DNA of 64,000 nt from Azolla caroliniana (Eukaryota; Plantae; Polypodiophyta), in assembly GCA_043228905.1 (NCBI GenBank), contig JBHGNT010000011.1, positions 17,608,001 through 17,672,000 of the forward strand, written 5' to 3'. Positions 1-11,111 of this stretch are shown in pieces. The notes under the pieces were generated by a model. That model ran no database searches, was not told the DNA's origin, and saw nothing but the letters and a program-made list of their open reading frames with translations. The translations under genes were made by a program, and so were the position numbers. The first letter of the stretch is position 1, and each line of letters begins with the position of its first letter.

Positions 1-969
1 CCATATCATACCCAAGTTTTAGTTTGACTGCATCACATGCATGCCAAGGTTGTAAATCCATTTTTAGGAGCAAATGGTTGTGAACATGATCTGAGACAAA
101 ACTTATGGAGAGGTTCAACAGAAAAAATCGATACACGTTAACAAAAACCATAGAACTACCAAACTCGATACTTAAAATGTATCCCTATTTGAATGACATC
201 ACCTACCAACCACCCCAAACATATGAGTTGACAAAACGAAAGATGCAAATGTTTCGATCCTAAAATATATTCCAGAAACCACCATTCACGAATGTCATTA
301 AAATTAGAAATCCTATTATCCTGTGAAATCCTATTATAAAAATGAACTTGATGATGTAAATGATATACATGCCCTCAATAGAATATTAAAATATACACAA
401 CAATTCCCAAGATATCACTGACTTTTAATATCTTACAAAACTCACAAGATATGACTCAACCCTTAGTAACGTAATATCTTAACAAAACTCAAGAGTTCAA
501 ATAAGTTTGAGATTCAAACCAAGAATGCAATTGCAAGTTCCAAAATTTAAACACCCATAAATCTTTACGAGTTACTTCCTGAATGACAACATGTTTATGA
601 ATCATACTCCACTATTTTTACCATTTCACTTGTTCGAACATAATATACCCTTATTGTTGTAGGGACAATAAGATCAATTTACTAAAGGAAAGAAACCAAG
701 AATCAGTTGAAGCTTCAACATATAGAAGAAGAGAACAAGAACAATGCATGAGCTCTCTATGCAAAAAAATGTTTTTGATACAGTCACTTCTCAATACAGA
801 ATGTCAAAGTCCTCTCTCGCCTCTTATTCTCCCTGCTCTATAAAACAAAGCTTTTGGCATTCTTATCTTTAAAAGATGCTATGGTGTGGAGATATCGAGT
901 GGGTGGTTATTCTTCCATATGTAACAAACTTTTGAATAAAGAGGACAGTGGTTGTGATCAGAAAAAAAC

Positions 970-1272
970 TTACTCGAGCCTCGGTTTTGTGCTCTCGTGA
1001 GTCACACCCTTGAATTCATTCCTCTCATCAGGATTAGGAATGGAAGAGAACTTCAGAACTTTCTCAAGTAGAGTTGCATCGACATTGTATTTCTTGGCAA
1101 GGCCTTTCACATCCATAGCCTTTTCCCCTTCTAGTAATCCTTGGTAGGAAAGAAAAACTTGCTTTATATGGCCCGCATTTAGCTTACCTGGAGGAACATT
1201 GTTGTTTTCAGTGGGTGTTGATCCTTTGCTTTGTCTACTCTTTGGTAGCGGACGCCTAAAATGGAGGTGGTC
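970..1272 (-). CDS. NDUFAF4-like exon 3
   Basis: CTTCAG acceptor, DHLHFRRPLPK...KPRLE, TAA stop. Confidence 0.85.
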   Translation of the reverse strand, partial: DHLHFRRPLPKSRQSKGSTPTENNNVPPGKLNAGHIKQVFLSYQGLLEGEKAMDVKGLAKKYNVDATLLEKVLKFSSIPNPDERNEFKGVTHESTKPRLE

Positions 1273-4200
1273 CTGAAGTAAGACCATTTACTTGTTTACT
1301 TTATGCTTTGAAAAAGCAAATAGAAAAATATTGAGAAATCTTATGTTCTTTATGTTTTGTTTTTACCTCAGTCATTCCCTTTGTTCTGTCTTGTTTTGCA
1401 ACCACACTGCCGGCCAATTCTTTCACCATTGCTGAATACATGGGATCAGATTTGTTCCACTCCCTATCATCGGGTGAACCCATGTTTAGATCTACAAGTC
1501 AAGTATTTTTTGATGAATCATTGGCAATTCTCCTAATTGAAATTTAGATCCTTCATCCAAGTTAAAATTTTTAAAAACTAGTAGGATGGTCAGTATGTTG
1601 AATAAAGAAAAGTAGGATATTACAATGGTGCAATGGACTGGTATAGCATTCTCCTGCCTTACCCTAATTAGTGTGAAAGACGCACAATCAGAATAGAATA
1701 GATCAAATATGCTCAAATTAAGAAAGAGAAATAAATGTGAAATGACATGCATCTTTAATAGAAGAACTTAAAATCCAGAATCACTCGATAATATGAACGA
1801 AAACAGAATTGGAAAGGGAAATTTCAAATTTGGAAGACAAATAGGAAATCCAAAAACGGCATTGAAAAAAATACTATTTCAATGAAGAAAATAGAACTAG
1901 CCATTTGGAATCAAGATAATATGGCTTATAAACATCCAGAACTTTAAATACATTATGATCAATGAGGAAATAGTAAAAAGAAACAGAACACGCACATTGC
2001 AATGAATCTTCATGTAAAAAGAGTAAACAAATTGTGAATATCACTGGAAAACAAAAAGCAAAAAACAATGCAACTTTAATTTCACGATCATTCATGTCAA
2101 CTGACAGGCCTGATTCAGGATCATGCTTGATTAATTTTCCTCTTTCCAGGAATGGGTTCACTATACGCAAATTTGCATTCCTTGAGCACAAATCAAAGAA
2201 GCTCAAATTCTCACTCACAACCACTGAATGTTGACATTCTCTCCACAAGTAAGACTGGTATTTCTTTAAATTTGACATCACATGGTCTTACTTCATGGTT
2301 TCTAATCCAAACCAACTAAACTCACTTGTTCGCTAAGCATGATTCACAATAAGCTGTTTCAATTAAGGTCTATCTTCGTTTTCTTAACACAACACAAACG
2401 CAGTCTTGCAATGACCTCGGACATGGTTTCAAATAGTCACAGAACCACTGTTTCAAGTTGTAAAATGTAGTCAGTGGATTTGAGGGCTACTAAATCATAG
2501 ATATAGAAGACTGGCATATGAGTCATCAAAAGATTAGATTGAAAAAGAGGGCATTCAGTGTTGGTAAGCTCAAATGAAAGCATTGTTTAAGTCACATGGC
2601 CTGAATATAGGTGCACTACCCCATTCCAATACAGCCTCAACTGGCTAAGAGGAGAAGAATACAGTGATCCAGACAGATATCACCAAACTGAATAGAACTG
2701 CTAGTTTATGCAGTCTCGAGGTGGAATCAGAAGATCATGTTTAGCATTGTACTGTTTCTTCTGAAATAACGGGGAAATACCCATTGGCTATTCGTACAAA
2801 GACTTTGTTCAATCCACAATTTCATTGAACCAACAATGCTTGGGGTTTTTCTTGTTGCAAATAAAGAGATATAGAGAGAAGTTGTTGAAAGACACCAAGA
2901 TGGTTAAAGAACTACATAAGCAGAGAAACCTCATAACATTATTTCCCATTATAAGTCAACCAACATGACATTCTAAAGGGGTTCAGTAGATCAAGTAATA
3001 ACAATTTATCATGCACATAGGCCAGGCCTCATCCTTGGCATCGAGAAATCAAGATCATTATAATCCACCACCAAAGTTGCTTTCATTGCTTCGGAGGGCT
3101 CTCCATATAGGAGCAGGCCATGTTGAGAGATCTTCTAAATCCAGAAGTTTCAGTCCATCTAAGATCTTGAGTCACAAGTAACAATGTTATGTGCTTAGCT
3201 AATAGGAATATGCACATTTTCTCCAGAAAATGTAATGTGTGTGCATTATGGATAACCAAGGTGTTTCGGAAAGTTCTATTAATCTATTTAGATTTATTGT
3301 TCTCCAAGATGACGCAACATTTTCAGATTTAATCTACCACTTGACCTCAAAGGCCTTTTTGGTCTCTTGAGAGATGTTAATATGTCTTTCTTTCTCGAGC
3401 ATCTGATGTTTGGGAAGTGTTTGAGGTTCCATGTTTGTGGACTTGATGATGCCTCTAGCACCCATGATTTTGAAATCTCAGTACTAGCTTCCACATCTTA
3501 CACGATATTTAGGAGATTCATATTCTTATATTTTCGTACTACATTCTGTTATTCTCCATTCCACTGTGCATTTCTCATAATAGATAATCCAATGCTTTGT
3601 TTCCACTGAGCATCTGATGTTTCGGAAGTGTTTGAGGTTCCATGTTTGTGGACTTGATGATGCCTCTAGCAGCCATGATTTTGAAACCTCAGTACTAGCT
3701 TCCACATCTTACACGATATTTAGGAGATTCATATTCTTATATTTTCGTACTACATTCTGTTATTCTCCATTCCACTGTGCATTTCTCATAATAGATAATC
3801 CAATGCTTTGTTTCCTTACATGTCTTTGTATCAAACAAATATAAAAAATACAGGTAATGCCATACTTCAACAAATATCACATGAGTTAATGTGACCATTA
3901 CTTTTAATCTCATAATGCCAAAGAAATGGTGTCTACACTACTTAACGATATCTCTGGAAGGTATAAACAGGTAAGATTAGGGTAGGGGAGTAGGTTCACA
4001 TGGGCATATTTAAAACCAATAATTGAGGGCAAGATACAAGAAAATAATAGAAAAAATATGAATGAATTCACAAACTTCTAATTTGGAATAATCGTTAGCT
4101 TGGTATGAGTGTGTCTTGCCATTTACAATAGACATGTACATAAAAATATAGCATAGGTATAGACATAGGCTTAGGTTTAGGCATACACACATATACATAC

Positions 4201-4784
4201 ACATGTACATATATATGCATACATTTGTTCATACATACATGTGTATCTATAATCGTACTAATTTAGTTTTTGAAATACCCCTTCTAATAAATCACTTACC
4301 ATCAAAGATGAAAAGAATGAAGCCATTAGCAAGCTAATGTGATGAAAGACTTGAGCAAACACCTTTCTAAGATGGAAGAAAAAAGCTTCCAATACAATTA
4401 ATCATCTGTAAGGTCTACCTAAACAAATAAAATGACAGAAAGGAGAAAATAGTAATACTAACAAAATAAGTAGAAATTAAAATGCTAAAATAGTAAATGA
4501 AATTAAATAAGACCGTAAATTCTAGAAGAAGAAAAAAAAAGTCACAAATTTTTAACAAAATAAAATTTTTAGAAATTTTGAAATATCAGCAGAAAAAGGA
4601 AGGGATGCTGCTTACTAGGAGGAGGAGGAGGAGGTCCTGGATGGACATCGCCAGGAAGATGGCGATTGAAGTGAGGATCATCACTGAATCTCGATTCCAC
4701 GGGCATCTCTCCTCTTCCTTTCAACTTTGATGAGGGACCGATCTTGCTGCCTCCTCCCGTGACCTTACGCAACGCTTGACCCAT
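970..4784 (-). CDS. NDUFAF4-like protein (resembles Arabidopsis AT3G21400 family), 3 exons, 198 aa
   Basis: Exons 4616-4784, 1367-1491, 970-1272 join in frame with GT-AG introns (169+125+303 nt). Motifs MGQALRK, DPMYSAMV, RPLPK, VPPGKLN..HI, LAKKYNVD resemble this family from memory; the function is not verified. Confidence 0.8.
1367..1491 (-). CDS. NDUFAF4-like exon 2
   Basis: TTGTAG acceptor, LNMGSPDD...KGMTE, donor GAG|GTAAAA. Confidence 0.8.
3397..3814. repeat. Tandem duplication, 211-bp period, 2 copies, in intron 1
   Basis: GAGCATCTGATGTTT starts at 3397 and 3608; copy B has a single unit. Confidence 0.92.
4616..4784 (-). CDS. NDUFAF4-like exon 1
   Basis: ATG at 4784, MGQALRKVTG...PPPPPP, phase-1 donor A|GTAAG. 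Confidence 0.8.
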
Positions 4785-4940
4785 CTCTGTTTACGTCTCT
4801 ATGTGTATGTCTGTGTCCGTGTCTGTCTTTACGTATCTGTCTCTCTCGCAAATCCCTGGGTTTTGCAAATCACAAAATCCAGAGAGAGAGAGAGAGAAGG
4901 CTTCATTCATGGTGTCTCCATTGTTCTCTTGGGAAGGGGT

Positions 4941-5168
4941 GGATGTCCGGCTTCCATTTTCGTAATGGGCGGGTAGGGTAGATGAGATGTCCGGCTTCCA
5001 TTTTCGTAATGGTCGCGGAGGGTAGATGAGATGTCCAACTTCCATTTTCGTAATGGGCGCGGATGGTAGATGAGATGTCCGGCTTCCATTTTCATAATGG
5101 GTGCAGAGGGTAGATGAGATGTCCAACATCCATTTTCGTAATGGGCAGGGGGGGTAGATGAGATGTCC
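4941..5168. repeat. 44-bp minisatellite, about 5 copies, upstream of the NDUFAF4-like ATG
   Basis: GTAGATGAGATGTCC at 4978, 5022, 5066, 5110, 5154. Confidence 0.95.
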
Positions 5169-5329
5169 GATTTGCTCATGTTATTAAAAGAAAGGGTGTT
5201 GAGTATGTACATGTTTACATTCCAATAGAAATCATGGCCCAAGGAAAGGGTGTTGAGTGCATGCTTAAGGCAGGCGCCTGAAAGAAAACCCTCACATCCA
5301 CACTTCCTAGTATCACATGGGAAAACCTG

Positions 5330-5900
5330 TCAAAAGACCTGAATATTCAAATATTGGGCTCCCCCAACAAATGCACAAAATGAAACATGGTTGTATAATG
5401 AGATGCATTATGTTTTATTTCATGATGCATCAATAGATTTCTCAATGAAAGAGTTTTGTTTATTTTGCAACGCCAATGTATCGTTTTCTTGGGAAATATG
5501 TGGACGATCACGTTTCACACATTAATTACCCACATTCTACCTAACAGTAAAACTATGTTCTTCTCAAATAGGGGAAACCACAATCATCGATAAGTGTGAG
5601 TGCCCATCCCTTTGTCCATCATCCAAGCTATTGCTTCCATACCACCCAACTCATATTCTCTTCCATGCCAAATGGGGCATTTGCACACATGCAAGGAAAC
5701 TACTCGTTGAATATGCTTATTTTATCCTAAACAAGTTTGGAGTATGAGTATCGCACTTTGATACAATGCTTCACTTTTGATTAGATTCATGTTTTCACAT
5801 CTTACACACGGTTTCCGTCCACTCCTTACACACATTTCCAACCCACTCCTTATCCTTACACACATTTGTCCCAACCACAACATGCACTCTCAAGTCTCAA
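5330..5900 (-). pseudogene. Possible heavily decayed hAT-type transposase remnant
   Basis: Only frameshifted motif echoes (RPHI, YN, a DG-containing segment); no TIRs found. Confidence 0.25.
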
Positions 5901-6060
5901 TTGCAACGTTCAATAATGAAATTCATGAACATCAAGAGTCATTACTAAATTCCATGCATACTATTTGAAAATGTTCAATATGAGTATCTCCGTAGACAAT
6001 TGTGAAATCTTTCTCTACATTTAAGCTTCTCTCTTGATGCATTTCCTCACATGTGGGGGG

Positions 6061-6254
6061 AGAGAGAGAGAGAGAGAGAGTGTGTGTGTAGTGTAGTGTA
6101 GTTAGTGGGTGACCATACTTCATGGTCACACCCATTTTAAGTAGTGTTTTTTACACACATTTATTAATATAATTGTGTGTTTTCACCAAAAGAGAGAGAG
6201 AGACAGACAGACAAACAGACAGAGAGACAGAGAGAGACAGAGAGAGAGACAGAG
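6061..6254 (+). mobile_element. Short LINE 3'-end fragment (~6081-6190) inside a (GA)n/(GACA)n microsatellite
   Basis: ATTAATATAATTGTGTG(T/C)TTT..CCAA followed by (GA)n matches the LINE 3' end at 27341-27367; (GA)n on both sides. Confidence 0.6.
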
Positions 6255-6649
6255 CGCATTGGTGTTAACAAATGTCAACATACATCTTGATCTTGTAAAT
6301 AGAGTATAGGTGATTGAAAAGTTAATGTATTAGATGCACTTACTCATCAAATTTAGTAGTCTTATATATTACATAAACATTTGGTTAGGAAACTAAGATT
6401 TTTGAATCACTTCAAAGCCATATATTAGTCACTAGCGTATATACTTACTATCTCAATATCATGTGAACTTTAATCGTCATTGTGTGATCATTCATGTGGT
6501 GTACTCACACTTAGGCACTATGATATGTAATATATAATAATGTGAATATTGTTCATTTCATACTACCCATATATTACTTGGTCGTGTCCATGTGATGTTT
6601 AGCATCTAAGTATAAAGCTAATCATACCGGGGTATGATTTGAAAGAGTA

Positions 6650-8368
6650 TGAATTTGTATCTTACAAATGAAATTTGCAAATTGATGTGCATTTAGAACA
6701 TACCATCTAGCTAACCTAACTCAACAATATGAAATCATAGATGAGAGAAAATGAATCCACAAATCCTAAGCTGAATGTCCTTGAATAGTTTCCAACAAAA
6801 CATGCCAACCAAGGCATTCAATGGAGGATGTTTATTAGTGATCGGACACAATATCTTCATGGAAATGGGCATTATTGAAATTCCTACACTAAAACCATAA
6901 TGTAAGTTCCAAGGCTAGGTGGCTAACACACTACCATTAGTCAATTTGTTTTAGTGAGATCTTAGATGAATATATTTCCATGAGTGCATGCCTATTCTCA
7001 TCTAAAAGATATTGAACCCCACCCAACAATCAACAAATACCATGATCATTGTAGGCTTAAACTAATTTTAGATATTACTTGATCATTACCAAAACTTGAG
7101 AATACAATGTTTATTGCATAATAGAGGTTATGTTCACCAACAACAAAAGATGTCCCAACAAAATGGTGTTAATTATGTTGTAAATAAACAATGTCAAGTT
7201 TCCTCCATAATATAAATGCCAAAATTTATCACAATTTCATCTAGTTACATAAGGTTTGAATCTTGTATGTTGTACATTTCATGGGCTGAACGATTAAAAA
7301 CAAGTAGGAAAGAGAGAGAAACAATCAAAATTAATCCATAGAGATGTCGATACCACCTAAAACATTGAAGGCACGAAATATGAATCGTGGCCTTTTAGAA
7401 AAGACATTGAAGTAAGAGCGCCTACAATAAAATCCCATGCAACAACAATACATGGAGACCCATGGAGACCCTTCTCCATTTTAAGATTTAGCATGCACAT
7501 GTTCTATAATTTCCAATGTCATAACTTTAGGTCGAGTGAGGCCTTTGATCTTTTTTTCCCTTTAATTGTTGCCAACCATATGATTTTGTCAACCCAATGC
7601 CAATAACTTTGGATGTTGAAACTACATTTTAAGGAGACACAACTTGCTTATATGGGTGGTATTTAGCACCAATCATACATACGGTGGCAACATGAGTAGG
7701 TTTAGATTGTTAAAAAGTTCTAGTTCCCCCTTGATTGCGTGATGGTGTTTTGATCAATGGTGACAAAATGTCATTTACAACATTCTACCTACATATGGCC
7801 AAATTTTCCACAAGCCCTACAAACTTATGCCACTTAAGTTGAAACAATACATGTGCACCATCTTGGGAAAAGTTATGACAACTAGTATGGAAAAAAACTA
7901 GAACCTCGTCATATTTTGAAAGACATACGCATGATTTGAACATTCTTGTTGCATGATAAAAAAAACTTACTAATTATACTAGTTGACGTTACATGCTCCA
8001 CTATTTTTTTTAAGGAATGTGTCATCTTTGAATGGTGCACTTGAATTTTTTTGAAGATCGTAGATGAGCAAAAGACTTGCATTGATTGTAATTGAGAGGG
8101 TTGCACCACATGTTGAATCAATTTGCCACTAGCTAATGTATGTGTAGGTGTCGGTTCTTGACATCAATAAGTTGTATTTATTAAGGAAAATAAAAATTTT
8201 ATATTTGGTGGCATCAAACCATCAGTTCTCACCCTGGATGGATGATTTGCTTGCCTTTTTATTAGTAAGAGATCTACATCATCACCTACGTGGACAAAGG
8301 AGTGTTGCAATAATTACCATTGCACAATTTAAGTAACATAGAGAACTTCGATTATTCATTGCTCCTTT
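6650..8368 (-). pseudogene. Ancient decayed L1-clade LINE (ORF1 zinc knuckle and start of ORF2 endonuclease)
   Basis: Minus strand 7785-7855 reads HVLFQLKWHKFVG/CGKFGHM*VEC (cf. YFRLKWGTFAGHCFHCGVLGHFMAEC in ORF1 at 27710); ATG at 7282 gives MKCTTYKIQTLC (cf. MKITTWNVRGLC). Confidence 0.6.
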
Positions 8369-9694
8369 TTTTTCCAAAAAAAAGATACTCCATTAGTATT
8401 AGAAAACGCCATAAGGCTAAACATACAAGATATACCACCGACCCCCTATGTTTTTCTAAATTCTAACGATCGGCTTAAATAAACACTTTGGTGTTGAGTA
8501 GAACCACTCCACCTTATCAAAACACCGTCTATAAAATATACCTATGTCCCAAATGGCATGAAACTTCACACGCCTAAGCTCCGCTTGATGCGTATTACCT
8601 TTTATACTATCCAAAATCCCTCTGAGATTATGCACAATCTCTATCCAAATTCCCGAAATTATTTGGGCAGGTCTTTCTATCACATTTTGAAATACCTTTA
8701 AACATCAAGCCTTCCAAATATACCAAATTGTAATACTACTTACCAATTGCCATATTTGAGGTTTATCAGTTTGTATTTGTGGATTCAGAGGGGTCAAAAT
8801 TTTTTCTATCAAACCATGTCTCATCATAATAGCATCTACAACCTCCTCCTGTTCATATACCATCGGTTTATCATGTACCACTGCCCATAATACTGCACCC
8901 CATGTGTACACTGCTCTAGGATATATTGGAGTTAATAATTTTATGATTTGTTTCCATATGTCTAGAGCAAAACCACAACGCCACAAACAATGTTTAGCAG
9001 TCTCTATTACATTTGTACAGAAACGACACATATTGTCCACATTTCCTTTTCACCACCCATTAACTGGTATAACATTATGAACCAACAACCATCGAAAAGA
9101 AACAATTTTCCTACTCATCTTTACACCCCATAACCATTTCCAAAATTGTTTAAGATGTTGTGGAGAAAGTTCATTTCGTCTCCAAACAACATTTGCAGTT
9201 GGTTCTTTCCATGATCTAGCACCTAATATTTTCCTACCAATCTTCACAGAATATTGAAAGAATGGCACGTATTTCATGTTATCTTACACCCACACCTTTC
9301 AATATAGTTCTCCAGGATCCCAAGTTAATGTAGATATTGGTCTCCTTTCCAATATCCAAATCCTCCAAAAAAATTCACCTTTTGAGGATCCGGATCTAAG
9401 ACCCAATTTGATCCATCATTTGCAATCACCCTCACTTCTTCTGTAAACAAAACCTAAACAAATCATTTTCCATAGGTGTAAAGATTAACCTACCATCATC
9501 TTGTACATCAAAACTCATACACTCTTGTTCCCCAATATAGGCTTTAACTCCAATAAAAACATCCAATGGAGTAAATAAACCCATTCACTTATGTGTAGCG
9601 GATCCGATCTGCATCTAAACATTAAAAAGGGCATTCTGGATCGCAGAATACATTATCTTCCCACCCCTTATATTCCTAATTAATATAATTTGTT

Positions 9695-10047
9695 TGTCAA
9701 GATTCGAACTCTTGACACGACCATGTTATAATCTAGTATTATGAGTTAACCAAGATATCTAGTACTAGTTATGTATGTAATTGGTCCTTATTATTTTGCT
9801 AGCATCATGTGCATAGTTGCTCCCTTGTAGTATTTACACTTGGCACATGCATGCATACCTACATGCTCTATTGCAGATTCACATGCGTGCAACAAGTATG
9901 CATGCCATGTAGTATAAATAGAGGAGTTCACCTTGAAGGAATTCAAGGTGAACAACACCAGTTATGGAGTCTTTCCTTTAATACTATCTTCTTTCTTGTC
10001 CATTTGGTTATCTTCTTGCTTGTCTCTTGAGTTTATGATCCGTGACA
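9695..10047 (+). repeat. Chromovirus 5' LTR
   Basis: TGTCAAG...GTGACA; TATAAATA at 9913; one mismatch to the 3' LTR seen. Confidence 0.97.
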
Positions 10048-10049
10048 GT

Positions 10050-10060
10050 TTGTTCACCTT
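10050..10060 (+). promoter_or_regulatory. Self-priming-type primer binding site TTGTTCACCTT
   Basis: Exact reverse complement of LTR 9945-9955 (AAGGTGAACAA); no TGG tRNA PBS after the LTR. Confidence 0.75.
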
Positions 10061-10097
10061 CCCATCCTCATAGCTCTCCCTCTCATAAGCCATAGCT

Positions 10098-11111
10098 ATG
10101 TCCGACTCAACTAGTGAGTTAGGCCAAATAATGGTAGCCTTACGACAACTACAGCTTGAAAATGAAGCTCTTCGAAATTCTTTACAAGAACTTCAAGTCG
10201 GTACCTCCCTATCCTCACAACCCCTGAACCCTAGTCTCCCACAACAACCTAGCCTAGAGCTTGATCTTCTACCAACATCTAGCCTAGCTTCGTCACAGTT
10301 TCTTGAGCCTAAGGTTAGCCTCCCAGAAAAATTTGATGGAACGAGGTCGCGTTTCCGAGGGTTCATCAACCAAGTTCGACTTATCATTCGGCTACAACCT
10401 CAACGTTATGGAGATGGTCTTCGATAAGTCGGCCTTGTGGGCACCCTTCTCTCCGGTCCGGTCCAAGCTTGGTTTGCACCATTGGTAGAAACCTCATCAC
10501 CTTTATTGGAGGACTTTCCCGCCTTCCTCGCCGAGTTAGAGGCCACATTTGGCGAGACGGACTGACGACGTACAACTCTTAACAAGATTTATGCACTCGA
10601 ACAAGGTTCATGTGTAGCTTCGGTCTATGCTTCCGAATTTCGACAACTAGCATGCGACATCAATTGGGATGATCAAGCTTTAGCTGATCACTTTCGGCGC
10701 GGTCTTCGAAGCAATGTCAAGAATCTTCTCTTAAACTTTCCGGAGCCCACCTCCTTATCCCAAGCGATTTCACAAGCAGTCCATTGTGACAATCGTCTTT
10801 TCGAATTTCGCCAAGAAGAGCGTCAGACTTGGGTTCCACCTCATTCACTTCCACGCCACGCCCCGGTCATACAACCCCAAGCATCCTCACACTCGCCTAC
10901 TTCGGCAGATGCTCCTGTCCCCATGGAAATTGATCAAGCCCGATTTTGGCCATTGACTGATGCTGAATGACAATTTCGGCGGGCTAATGGCTTGTGCATG
11001 TATTGTGGCGCCTTCGGTCATGTCGTTCGCCATTGTCCTAGGAGTACTCGCCCACAATTCCATCGAGCTAACGGACCCCAACATCCGGAAAACGACATCG
11101 TTCGGTTGTAG
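10098..11111 (+). pseudogene. Chromovirus gag with 3 premature stops
   Basis: PEKFDGTRSRFRGF, CCHC GLCMYCGAFGHVVRHC; in-frame stops at 10425, 10563, 10968. Confidence 0.9.

Noticed and set aside
1874-2281. 135-aa ORF in NDUFAF4-like intron 1
   Set aside because: No recognisable motif; the flanking exons already join in phase without it.
4941-5168. CRISPR-like look (constant core plus variable segment)
   Set aside because: Variable parts are ~10 nt and mutually similar; eukaryotic context; no cas genes. It is a minisatellite.
4791-5242. 112- and 111-aa repetitive ORFs
   Set aside because: Translations of the 44-bp repeat.
9809-10030. Identical 73-aa ORF here and at 14743-14964
   Set aside because: Chance ORF with a non-ATG start inside the two LTRs.
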